A DNA stretch of 63,441 nucleotides, filler included, from Octopus bimaculoides (Eukaryota): NCBI RefSeq assembly GCF_001194135.2. It is 5 parts of 4 records of this genome, joined end to end, with 100 filler letters (N's around TTAATTAATTAA, not from the genome) between each part and the next. Parts side by side here need not be neighbours in the genome. Positions count along the whole stretch, not along the records: positions 1 to 28,885 come from NC_068998.1; 4 more parts are not named here. One strand, given 5' to 3'. Below, piece after piece: positions 1 through 12,050 of this stretch. The translations under genes were made by a program, and so were the position numbers. The notes under the pieces are model-generated. The model was not told the DNA's origin and ran no database searches. It saw only the letters and a program-made list of their open reading frames with translations. The first letter of the stretch is position 1, and each line of letters opens with the position of its first letter.

Positions 1-2
1 AC

Positions 3-287
3 CATCACCATGGCAGCACCCACAATAATCATCAGCAGGACCACTACCACCACCACCACCACCACCACCACCTCCACCACCACCACTATCACAACAGCAA
101 CAGCAACAGCGACAACAACAACAACAGCGACAACAACAACAACAACAATAACAACAACAACAATTGCAAGAGCATGATTCCTAATGGAAGATGCCAAAGA
201 CGGAATCTTGGTCTTCTCAACTCATTATTCCCTTCAGTAAACATTACAATTAAATCAACAGTGTTGTTAAATATTGGTAATTTGTGA
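3..287 (+). CDS. Possible 3' part of a low-complexity (His/Asn-rich) coding exon running off the window edge
   Basis: Frame 3 is open from base 3 to TGA at 285-287: HHHGSTHNNHQQDHYHHHH...NSNSDNNNN...CKSMIPNGRCQRRNLGLLNSLFPSVNITIKSTVLLNI. A G|GTAATT donor-like site lies at 276/277. The other two + frames hit stops. No recognisable domain. Confidence 0.25.
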   Translation, partial: HHHGSTHNNHQQDHYHHHHHHHHLHHHHYHNSNSNSDNNNNSDNNNNNNNNNNNCKSMIPNGRCQRRNLGLLNSLFPSVNITIKSTVLLNIGNL

Positions 288-479
288 ACAGAACCGCCTG
301 TTGGCTTTGGAATGAATACACATGAACCCACACTCGCATATTGGTCTGTACGTGTCCATGTATATATATATGTGTGTGTGTGTGTGTGTACGCACATACA
401 CTTACATATACTTTTTCCCATAGACCAAGAGACAAGGGCGTGTTTATATGCATCCGTATGTGTGTGTGTATATGTAAAA

Positions 480-571
480 AGACACCCACAAATATATATA
501 TACATTATATACATATACATACATATATATATATATACATACATATATATATATATATATATATTATATAC

Positions 572-640
<69 letters not shown>

Positions 641-900
641 CATATATATATACTTATGCATGTATATATATATATATGTATATACACACACATTTGTGCA
701 TGTGTATGAATTTAAACACACACACACGCACATATATATATGTATATAGAGCAATAAACATATATATATATATATATTGTATATATATACATGCATATAT
801 ATATACTTATGCATGTATATATACAAGTATATACACACACACATGCACATATATATATGTATATAGAGCAATAAACAAGGGTGTTTTGATATGTATTCAT
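480..900. repeat. (TA)n/(CA)n compound microsatellite field
   Basis: Directly visible; explains the YI/HT-rich pseudo-ORFs. Confidence 0.95.
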
Positions 901-1149
901 TTATATGCGTGTGAATGTACATATGAATGCATTATGTACGTATATGTGTTAAGACAGCGCTCCAGTATGGTCTTACCCATTACAGCTGAAACAAACTAAA
1001 GGAAGAAGTAAAAAGAAAATAAGTACCTGCGCAAGCACCTGCAGTTGCATACGTGCACGTGCATGTTTATATGTGTGTGTGTCTGTGTGCACCTGTGTAT
1101 GTGTCTAAATCTACTTCCATCTGTATGTGTGTCTCTGTGTTTATGTATG

Positions 1150-1188
1150 TATATGCTTTTGTGTATGTGTGAGTGTATGTGTGTGTGA

Positions 1189-1222
<34 letters not shown>

Positions 1223-1290
1223 TAGTGTGTGTGTGTGTATGTGTGTGTGTGTGTGTGTGTGTGTCTGCGTGTGTGTCTGCGTGTGTGTGT
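1150..1290. repeat. (GT)n microsatellite
   Basis: Directly visible. Confidence 0.95.
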
Positions 1291-2739
1291 GGTATCTTTG
1301 GATGCATCATTTCCAGATTTTGACGAATACAAAACTGTAAAGCTTCCAGGCTTCATAGCAGGAAATATATTTGCAAAGCTGGTATAAAATAGATTGAGAA
1401 CCTTCAAGCCTAATGTAAGAATTTCATTCACAGATTTTTAANNNNNNNNNNNNNNNNNNNNNNNNNNNNNNNNNNNNNNNNNNNNNNNNNNNNNNNNNNN
1501 NNNNNNNNNNNNNNNNNNNNNNNNNNNNNNNNNNNNNNNNNNNNNNNNNNNNNNNNNNNNNNNNNNNNNNNNNNNNNNNNNNNNNNNNNNNNNNNNNNNN
1601 NNNNNNNNNNNNNNNNNNNNNNNNNNNNNNNNNNNNNNNNNNNNNNNNNNNNNNNNNNNNNNNNNNNNNNNNNNNNNNNNNNNNNNNNNNNNNNNNNNNN
1701 NNNNNNNNNNNNNNNNNNNNNNNNNNNNNNNNNNNNNNNNNNNNNNNNNNNNNNNNNNNNNNNNNNNNNNNNNNNNNNNNNNNNNNNNNNNNNNNNNNNN
1801 NNNNNNNNNNNNNNNNNNNNNNNNNNNNNNNNNNNNNNNNNNNNNNNNNNNNNNNNNNNNNNNNNNNNNNNNNNNNNNNNNNNNNNNNNNNNNNNNNNNN
1901 NNNNNNNNNNNNNNNNNNNNNNNNNNNNNNNNATATATATATTCAATATCAATATATTATAAATTAACTACCAACATATGTTATATCTATTCCTGAAGAT
2001 GTGTAAAGAAATTTTGATTTATTAAGTCTCTTAATGAATTCTTTATGCTGAAATATATATTGAAGAAGATAAATATGTTCATTTGAATATATACGTTTTT
2101 GCGTCGTAACTCCTTTATTATTATTTATATATATATATATATATATATACCCCTAAATGTTTTCTTTTCTTGTGACTATGAATTGACATAAACGCAAGTC
2201 ATCATTGATCGATCAGAATCAGAACTGATCAAAGGCATCCCGACGGTGATCAACTCGTTCTCTTCTTTTCTTCAGTACAGTATTTGTTTGATGTTTCTTC
2301 TGACGTTCGAAAAACTGTTCTGTGACTTTTAAGAAGGTGAAGGACTGTTGTGTAACCACAGGTAAACCATCATTGAGTAGACCCACTGTATTATTTGCAG
2401 TTATGTAACATTGTGTAGGCCGTGGGTTTAACGATTACAGCCAAAGGCAGCTGTTATTTCTGTTGGCACGCTGGTGGTTGTGTGCTCATGAAGTTAATTG
2501 TTGAAAGTGGTTATTTTGAATTAAAGATGATAGTTTAAAATGTGAAAGCTGCATTACTGACGTGTGTTACTTGATTAAAGAGATGTTCAGTACATACTTT
2601 CGTAATACAAATACGGTTGTGAAAATGAGATGTATTGCTTTGAGTTCAAAATTTGAACTTGAATTTATTTTTAAAGGTACAACAGCTACAACATTTTATG
2701 CTGTTGAGAACAACAATGGAGAAAGAAAAAAAAACAGCA

Positions 2740-3560
2740 AAATATCAAATTGTAAACAGTCTCTAAGGAGAAAGCAGGTTCGCTGTTTGGAACTGTAAAA
2801 AAAAATTGACTGACTGAGTGGATGACAAGAGAAAATATGGTTATTTCGTAAGAACACGGTTCTGTTCACAAATTATTAATATTCGACTTATTATCGATTT
2901 AATTGTAATGTTTACTGAAGAGAATAATGAATTGAGAAGACAAAGATTTCATCTTTACAAGCAAAGAAAATTGTTACAAGATAAGAAATATAGTTAGTTA
3001 TTCATTCGTTTAAATTATTTTTCAAATGGGTGGGACCAGAGATTCTTTGGAAGGCACTTTAGCTCTATATCAGATCGTGCAGTTTCATTGCTTTATAGCA
3101 AAATTATGGAAGTAGCATGAACTGAACCAAGTTAGAAACCTGGATGAGATGTCCATGTCTCTGACATTCGAGGAACAAAATCCAGATAGAATAGGAAATA
3201 TGAAAAACTATGTTAGAATATGATATGAAAGAAAACATTTTACTGAAGTTTTGTGTTGTCTACTTGATGGAACTAAAGAAAATCTCGAGGTTATTTTAAA
3301 AGAATAACTAACCCAAATAGTTTTAAAATGTTCCTTCTAGAGTTATTCAATGGCTGAGTAGATGGTGAAGAAGAAAAGTGAACGCTGGTGGGAACTCGAG
3401 GAGGAGAAAAGTTTGTCAGTATTATACTGATATGTTAAACTACAACATGGGTGTGGGGCTCGATAGATAACATAGTTGTTAGGATTTTATCAGCACGTAG
3501 AACAGACACGACACTCAGACAGATTACAGAGGTCGTACACATAATTAAAGAATAGACCGA
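2740..3560 (+). mobile_element. Decayed pogo/Tigger (Tc5-type) DNA transposase relic
   Basis: Manual translation across frames gives colinear motifs: EL*KKLTD*VDDKRKYGYFV (CENP-B-type HTH), FSNGWDQRFFGRH (cf. SNGWL.RF.KRH), VRNLDEM (cf. N(M/A)DET, first D) and YERKHFTEVLCCLLDGTK (cf. K.R.TV.L.C.ADG.K). Stops and frameshifts throughout. Confidence 0.75.
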
Positions 3561-3624
3561 GTCAAAAACGAAAGCTTTCTGAAAAATATTCAGTACTTCT
3601 ATTCATCCATCTCTATAAAGGTAG

Positions 3625-3640
3625 ATAGATAGATACACAC

Positions 3641-3703
<63 letters not shown>
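3625..3703. repeat. (GATA)n tetranucleotide microsatellite
   Basis: Directly visible. Confidence 0.95.
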
Positions 3704-3705
<2 letters not shown>

Positions 3706-5187
3706 AGTTGTTTGATCTTACGATGATCCCTCAATTTTAGATTTTTGTACCTGCGATTAAAACACGTACATACCCACAAGCGCACACATACGCACGCATG
3801 CATGCATACACACGCACGCACGCACACACACACATACACACTCACGCATACGGATATATTGCCACTCTCAAAAGTTCATTATTCAGTTCGCTTGTCATAT
3901 TTTCAAAAAAAAAACATAAATAAATAAATAAAAGGTTCCAAAATGTTAATTTTTAATTTCCTGTTTTAATTATAAAATTATCTTTTTTGTGTAACATCAC
4001 TCCACACATGAAAACAGTTTTTCTTTCTTTCAACTTTAGAATCCCACTTGTCCAAATTCTTGTTTTCCATTAAACCTCTTCTTTTCTTTCCTTTTTTTCC
4101 CCATATGTTTCATCGTCGTCAACCTACCAATTTGTTGTTTTCATTTTCGTGTTACATTCGCAAAAAATTTCATTGATGATAGTGATTTAGTATCTGTCAC
4201 TGTTGCCGTTGCGATTCTTCGATTTTATTTTTCAATTTTTCTTTAGCCACAAATTTTCAGCTATCTCAGCTGAACATTAGTTGTTATTTCAGTGGATGTC
4301 TTCTACTATAAACCCCTGGTGGATTAAAAAAAAAAATCTGAAAAAACGTCGAAGCATAAAAATAAACTCAAGGACGTCACTATAACAAAACCACATCCTA
4401 ATTGCAATCCAAAGTACCTTCTTCCTTCACATAATGATTCAAACAGTTATATCTTCAGACGCTTATTAACAAGAGTGAAAGTAGAGTTATTAGCCCAAAT
4501 ATCGTTACATGGTTGTTTGAAATTTAGAGGCATCCATGAAATACACAATTCCTATTCAAACCTCTCATTTTACTGAAGCTTTTATATCGAGACTGATAGA
4601 GAATAATCTGTAAGCCACAATTGACATGTGAAGGACTAAGGATCCTGTACCTTTTGAATGTAGAAAGCAGTGTTCTAAAAACGATACAGATCGAGGAAAT
4701 CCTGAAAACCTTTCCAGATACCAAATGCAGACATATATATATATATTATATTATATTATATTATATTATATTATATATATACATACGTATACGAGCACAC
4801 GCACGCACATACGCACACACGCACATACAAAGAAAAAATGAAAATAAAATGTCAATGTTTTGTCAACATCGAGAAATATCGAGAACTCAGATACGATAAA
4901 TTCCAGCAGAATCAGCACGACACGTGCTGAAATGATTTCGTGGTTAGGGAACTTTCTATATATTTCTATGTACAATATAATTTTTACACAACTAGTCGAC
5001 TAGTGAATAGATTCTCAATTGTTATGTCAACTTCAATATTGACTTTTGTTTCCCTACACAAAAGTTTTATTTAAAAACATGCAAATACACATATTCTGTT
5101 TAATCTTAATTGATTCATCACAAAAATGACTCTTTTTCTTTCCTTCTTTTCATTTTAGAAATAAAATTCAAAACTACATGTGACCGG

Positions 5188-5500
5188 TATTATTATTATT
5201 ATTATTGTTCAGTAGTTTTATTTTTATAACGTGCTTTCACTTCACTACCGAGCGCAGCTCTGTGCGCCTTGGGTATGTGCTGTGGTTTGCTGTGGTGCTC
5301 TTATGTTTACTGTATTGAAAGTGTTTTGCGTAGAACGTGTGCAGTACCCAGTAGTGCAATTTTCTGTATGTTATATATATTTGTAAGTCCTGGTATTTTT
5401 GTTATGTATTTGTCTGAATATTTTTTTATTATACCTAAGGCACCTACTATGATAGGAATTGTTTCTGTTTTTAGATTCCACATTCGAGTTATCTCTATTT
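5188..5500 (-). mobile_element. 3' end of a REL-endonuclease non-LTR retrotransposon (R4/Dong-like), family 1
   Basis: Minus strand reads IEITRMWNLKTETIPIIVGALGIIKKYSDKYITKIPGLTNIYNIQKIALLGTAHVLRKTLSIQ* (stop 5307-5309). A ~100-nt 3' UTR follows and ends in (TAA)n. Confidence 0.8.
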
Positions 5501-6220
5501 AGTTCTTCGGTTATTTTCATTTTCATAGTATCGTAATTATTAGGTTTCCCTTCGTTATTTCCAGGCTTTATATTTGTTTTGCCTTNNNNNNNNNNNNNNN
5601 NNNNNNNNNNNNNNNNNNNNNNNNNNNNNNNNNNNNNNNNNNNNNNNNNNNNNNNNNNNNNNNNNNNNNNNNNNNNNNNNNNNNNNNNNNNNNNNNNNNN
5701 NNNNNNNNNNNNNNNNNNNNNNNNNNNNNNNNNNNNNNNNNNNNNNNNNNNNNNNNNNNNNNNNNNNNNNNNNNNNNNNNNNNNNNNNNNNNNNNNNNNN
5801 NNNNNNNNNNNNNNNNNNNNNNNNNNNNNNNNNNNNNNNNNNNNNNNNNNNNNNNNNNNNNNNNNNNNNNNNNNNNNNNNNNNNNNNNNNNNNNNNNNNN
5901 NNNNNNNNNNNNNNNNNNNNNNNNNNNNNNNNNNNNNNNNNNNNNNNNNNNNNNNNNNNNNNNNNNNNNNNNNNNNNNNNNNNNNNNNNNNNNNNNNNNN
6001 NNNNNNNNNNNNNNNNNNNNNNNNNNNNNNNNNNNNNNNNNNNNNNNNNNNNNNNNNNNNNNNNNNNNNNNNNNNNNNNNNNNNNNNNNNNNNNNNNNNN
6101 NNNNNNNNNNNNNNNNNNNNNNNNNNNNNNNNNNNNNNNNNNNNNNNNNNNNNNNNNNNNNNNNNNNNNNNNNNNNNNNNNNNNNNNNNNNNNNNNNNNN
6201 NNNNNNNNNNNNNNNNNNNN

Positions 6221-6628
6221 AAAATACATCATTATATTTGGAAAAATAGAGATAAATTTCAATGAGTATTACTTACTCGGATATAGTCCAACCCTTTGTC
6301 AGCTATTTTTTGTATATGGTGTTTGGGTTTGGAGATGGTATGTATTTTGATGTAACACGTGTGTTTACGATCGCTGTGCGGGTAGTGGAGGTATCAAGTT
6401 AAAATACATCATTATATTTGGAAAAATAGGAATAAATTTCAATGAGTATTACTTACTCGGGTATAGTCCAACCCTTTGTCAGCTATTTTTTGGCTCCATG
6501 CGATGTCTTTATTTCCGATGTTTTTGGATAAGTTTCGGAGCAGTGATTTATCGTACTCACATGTTCTGTTAAACTTCCCCGGTGTTCTGTTAAACTTCCC
6601 CGGTGTTCTGTTTGTTAAACTTCCCCGG
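6221..6628. repeat. Local duplications: ~90-bp direct repeat (6221-6310 / 6401-6491) and a 21-bp tandem x3 (6562-6628)
   Basis: Directly visible; 21-bp unit TGTTCTGTTAAACTTCCCCGG. Confidence 0.9.
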
Positions 6629-6749
6629 TTATTATTATTATTTTATGTTTGACTTTTGCTTTGCATTTGTACAAGTTGGATCCAAGTCTCACCCAGAGAC
6701 CTCAAGAGACAACAAGTTAGAAGTTCATGTAGGTGTTATGCCTAGGGTA
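6629..6749 (-). mobile_element. Very short 5'-truncated copy (3' UTR only) of REL LINE family 2
   Basis: Reverse complement is nearly identical to 16660-16780 and ends in (TAA)n. Confidence 0.85.
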
Positions 6750-6924
6750 TCTGCCTTTACGTTCTGAGTGCAAATTCCACCGAGGCAAATCTGTAGTATT
6801 GAGCAGAATATTTGCTGTAGCCCATCTTTTATACCAAGACAAAACAATGTACATGATAACACTTCCAATCAGTTAAGATGAGAAGCCATGAGAGCCACTG
6901 CCTGGTGCTGTATTAGGGCAAAAT

Positions 6925-7073
<149 letters not shown>

Positions 7074-7974
7074 NNNNNNNNNNNNNNNNNNNNNNNNNNN
7101 NNNNNNNNNNNNNNNNNNNNNNNNNNNNNNNNNNNNNNNNNNNNNNNNNNNNNNNNNNNNNNNNNNNNNNNNNNNNNNNNNNNNNNNNNNNNNNNNNNNN
7201 NNNNNNNNNNNNNNNNNNNNNNNNNNNNNNNNNNNNNNNNNNNNNNNNNNNNNNNNNNNNNNNNNNNNNNNNNNNNNNNNNNNNNNNNNNNNNNNNNNNN
7301 NNNNNNNNNNNNNNNNNNNNNNNNNNNNNNNNNNNNNNNNNNNNNNNNNNNNNNNNNNNNNNNNNNNNNNNNNNNNNNNNNNNNNNNNNNNNNNNNNATT
7401 TAATCAAGCAGTTTTGTGTCAATATGATAAATGTAGGATGACGTGTGCTTGCAAAATAACTCATTATTTTGCCTCCAGAAAACTTAACGCTAGTTTTTGA
7501 ATTAAAAAAAAAACATGTACCTCCAGCGCCGCTCCGATCATCCACATCATATAATTCGCTCAAATCCCAAATCCCAATTTTTGAGGATATAACGGATTTG
7601 TATTGACATAGGGGATTAGTGGTAACATACAAATGCTTTTGTACACCATTATGTCAAACGCGGTTACAGTGAATCACGATTAAAGGAAATAGTAAATGAC
7701 TTAGCTCAGATTAGCAAAGAAAGTTTCACGCGTAACTTTTACAAACAAAGTACAATATCTGACAGATATTCCTTTAGTGATTAACTGACACCAAAATTTC
7801 GCTGGCATTTCAAAAGTGTTACATGACAGTTACCAGCAAGTTGCGGGAAAATATCCTAGTTTCAAACAGACATTTTTCATCAGCCGCCTATTGTAGCTTT
7901 TAGGCGGAATAAAGATATAAGACAACAATTAACCTCTACTTCTGACTCCAAGAAAACTAACATTGAATTTTCTG

Positions 7975-9062
7975 CACGTTGTACCTTGAAAAACAATCGC
8001 AAGAGAGATAAGCCCTATTCGTTGTGCAACAATATGAGTCAAGTGAAGTCTATCAGGTATCATAATAGAAATGTTATGATTTACACGGAAGTACACAGCA
8101 GAAGAGAAAAATCTCCGGAGATGGATGGTCAGCTCTTCGAGCTTTATTTTCATATGCCAAACTTGCTCGGTGATCTCTTGGCAAATGTCTACAGCAATTG
8201 GCAGCAGAACGGGAGAATACTCAGAGTTGTGAGGCGTGGCGTGGTGGTACTGCTAAGAAAGGACCCGAACAAGGATGACCAAATAGACAATTTTAGTCCT
8301 ATAACTCTGCTGTACGCAGATTATGAGATTTTAACCAAGGAGTTACAAAGAGATTGGCGTTTGTCGTCGATAAGCCTGTCAGTGGTGTGCAGACATGCGC
8401 TATCCCAAACAGATCTACTCACAACAACCTCCACCTCACGTGCTACATCATAGAGAGGGTAAGTAAGGAACCTGGCATGGGTGGGGCCCTGATAAATTTG
8501 GATCAATCAAGAACTTTTGAGAGGGTCGAACACCAGTACTTGGAAGCTGTCCACGAGGCGGCCGGTTTCGGTCCCATTTTCAGAGGCTGGATTTCTGCAA
8601 TGTACAGCGACATCTGTTCGGTGGTCGAAGTAAATAGCCATCTATCGGAATCGTTTAGCATCGCTCGTTCGGTCTGTCAAGGATGCCCACTCTCACCTGC
8701 TCTGTACGTGCCGGCTCCTGAGTCATTACTAAGGAAGTTAGATGTTTTGAGGGGCATCCCGCGTGAACTAGGATGTGGAAGGTTCGTACTAGCTTATGCG
8801 GACGGCATCGCCATAATAATGTCGCGCATGTCGTAAATTGAGATAATCGGCACTGCTTTAGGAGGAGTACGAAGCGGTTACAGGAGCAAAAATTAACCAG
8901 AAGTCTGTGGGCCTGCAGCTCGGAACCTGGAGAAGCAGTTCCATGTCCGACAACGTCGTAGGATGCTGGACGGAAGGACCAGTTAAATTGCTTGGGGTCT
9001 GATTTGGTCCGGACCTCAAGGTGGACAAGAGATGGGGGAAGGTGACGAGCAGGGTGGCCAGT
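7975..9062 (+). mobile_element. Tx1/L1-clade LINE ORF2 reverse transcriptase relic
   Basis: Peptides KSPEMDGQLFELY (cf. KSPG.DG...EFY), NFSPITLLYADYEILTK, LINLDQSRTFERVEH (cf. LD..KAFDRV.H), RSVCQGCPLSP and YADG at 8795-8806 (degenerate YADD). Frameshifts and stops present. Confidence 0.9.
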
Positions 9063-9632
9063 TAGAAATAATTATTTGACCCTAGACAAATATATCATAA
9101 GGGGTTCAGACATCTTAATCTTTCTCTGACTTGAATCGATAAAATATAATTATTTGCAATATAGTGAACCGATTACGTAGTATCTATACATTTCAGATCC
9201 AAGAATATTGACATTATGTCTAAAAATTTTGTTCAATGTACGAATGCCAACATATAATCGGGATATAAAGCTTTAAGTTCCGAGTTAATCCAACCGTTCC
9301 TAAATATTTTACCCTCTGCTGACTTTGGATGTGATTTTTCGTATCTATTGAATACGTAATAAAATCAACCGATGTGCATTACTTTACATATATATATGTG
9401 TGTGTGTGTGTGTGTCTATGTGTGTGTCTGTGTGTGTGTGAATGTGCGTGTCTGTGTGTGAGAGAGAGAAAGTGTGCGTGTTTGTGTGTGTGTAAATTGC
9501 TCACATTATACTTCAATTCCTCTCTCAAGCATGTGAATTCAGCATGTGATCAGATTCCTCTGAACAGCATGGTTCCGTTTTAAATACTCTTTAACATCGT
9601 CTAAAACACTCACGCACGTAATCACGCACACG

Positions 9633-9701
<69 letters not shown>

Positions 9702-10099
9702 TGTCTAGACAAGCTTTTCATCTTTTAGTTCTAACAGAACAGTGATCAAAGTTACAAGTTATTTATTTAACAAGATTTTGCTGCGTATCTGAACAATACG
9801 CAATAACACACGTGATCTACGTATGTATATCTGCAAGAGTGCGTACTTATATCTGTCCATATATGTATGTCTATACACACACACATATGTATATATTCTG
9901 ATACGTATGCTCATACATATGTATAACAAGATATTGCTCTATAGACAAATTACTCCGGATAGAGTTAGGGACGATGCTAAACAAATTGGTCAAACTCCGC
10001 GACTCATTGACAAAATCTTCCATCTTGCCTTGCATGTAGCGTTCGTACATCACATAAACTTAGTTTTGATTGTTCTGCCTGAAACTCTCTCTCTCTCTT

Positions 10100-10152
<53 letters not shown>

Positions 10153-10833
10153 CGCTCTTTTCTTTCTCACTAATTGAAGGATATGATCAAACAAAAATAT
10201 ATCTGAGCTATCCGATCTAAGTAAGGACTATGTGCTTCTTTACTATTACACATATTCGTTTGGTTGGACGTGTATGCATGTATGAGTGTGTATATATATA
10301 TATATANNNNNNNNNNNNNNNNNNNNNNNNNNNNNNNNNNNNNNNNNNNNNNNNNNNNNNNNNNNNNNNNNNNNNNNNNNNNNNNNNNNNNNNNNNNNNN
10401 NNNNNNNNNNNNNNNNNNNNNNNNNNNNNNNNNNNNNNNNNNNNNNNNNNNNNNNNNNNNNNNNNNNNNNNNNNNNNNNNNNNNNNNNNNNNNNNNNNNN
10501 NNNNNNNNNNNNNNNNNNNNNNNNNNNNNNNNNNNNNNNNNNNNNNNNNNNNNNNNNNNNNNNNNNNNNNNNNNNNNNNNNNNNNNNNNNNNNNNNNNNN
10601 NNNNATATATATATATATATACATGGGTACGAGTGTGCATTCATACAACCATGTGTGTACGTGTTTGTCTGTGCGTATACATACTTGTATGATCAACACG
10701 AGGTAGCTTGCTATCTTTTAGACAGTGTTTTTTTGGGGGGAAATGTAAGAGCTGAGTCGTATAAATGAATTTCAATTGCGTTCGCGTGCCTACATATGCA
10801 CTCAAACACACACATATGTATGTGTATGTATAT

Positions 10834-10864
<31 letters not shown>

Positions 10865-10894
10865 TAAACGTATACATATGTATGTATACATGCA

Positions 10895-10935
<41 letters not shown>

Positions 10936-10943
10936 GTGTGTGC

Positions 10944-11056
10944 ACTGGCACTTCGTCGATTACAACGACGAGGGTTCCAGTTGAGCTGATCAACGGAACA
11001 GCCTGCTCGTGAAATCAACGTGCTTGTGACTGAGCACTTCACAGACATGCGTACCT
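10944..11056 (-). mobile_element. 3' fragment of tRNA-type SINE family B
   Basis: Matches the tail of the full copies at 15181-15546 and 55029-55381. Confidence 0.8.
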
Positions 11057-12025
11057 TTTCTGCTTCTTCTATTACTTCAGTTTTGTGCATATACATATAT
11101 TTACTCGATTGCTCACAGTTATCAATGGTTTCTCTCATTCTTCTGATAATGCCATTTTCTCTCATTTTTGTCGGCACTTTTGACGACACCGGTATGAAAG
11201 ACTATTTTAAAAAATGGAAGTAATTAAATACTAGTCCATTTTAGCTGCTCTAGCATTATTGGCTCTCCTTTTCTCTTAGACCTTCAAGATATGATAAAAG
11301 AATATGAGATTTTGTGACAGCATAAACAGTGTAAACAAACAGAAAATAAGAAAGATTAGCATTTTAATCGCATCCAGGCCGTTCAGTGAGTTCAACTCCA
11401 AAGCATTCATTGTATTTTAATGGAATAGTAAAATTACTTGAGTGCTAATCAGAATATATCGTGGTATTTATTTATATTATTCTATAACCAAATCACGGCG
11501 AAGTTGATTCTGACCTTTTATTCTTCCAAGGATAATTGAATGAGTACCAATCAAATTCTGAGGATTAATTTAATCGACTGCATCTTGAAATCCTTTTGGT
11601 CGTACGTCAATGGAAGAAGCCTATATTTTGCTTTAATAAAACGCTGATTAACAGAATTATTACGGATACATGGAGCAAAATAAAATCTGTTTGCGTTTAC
11701 CAATTTTAGCGATAGTTAATTTAAAATATAATACAATCTCTAACGTCACATATCATTAATTATTAAAACTTTAATGACAAATTTATGTTTCAGATAATTA
11801 TTTAAAAATATTTCTAATTATAATAGGAGAGCAAATAATAGTTGTTTTTCTTTCTGAATAACGAATGCCTCGAGGTCTGTATTTTATTCTTATAATGGAT
11901 TTAATGCTTTATTGTTTTGTTTATTTTTAGTTTCGCTTTATTTTCCTGTTGGTGTGTTGTAATTTTTTCCCGTTTATCTACGTAAAGTCATTGAGCATCA
12001 ATACTATCTAGCATCGAACAAATTT

Positions 12026-12050
12026 ATTGGTTGACGTCAGTATGACGTAA
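12026..12050. promoter_or_regulatory. Cluster of inverted CCAAT + full CRE (TGACGTCA) + CRE-like TGACGTAA
   Basis: ATTGG 12026-12030, TGACGTCA 12032-12039 and TGACGTAA 12043-12050, in a repeat-poor stretch. Motif match only. Confidence 0.35.

Noticed and set aside
1990-2020. CTGAAGA...GAAA hammerhead-like spacing
   Set aside because: No stem II and no stem I/III complementarity
6525-6565. Minus-strand ...GCTCCGAAAC motif
   Set aside because: Core reads CATGTGA, not CTGANGA, and there is no consistent stem II
7420-7632. Minus-strand peptide IGIWDLSELYDVDDRSGAGG (WD40-like)
   Set aside because: No credible acceptor, weak donor, and only a 4-residue resemblance
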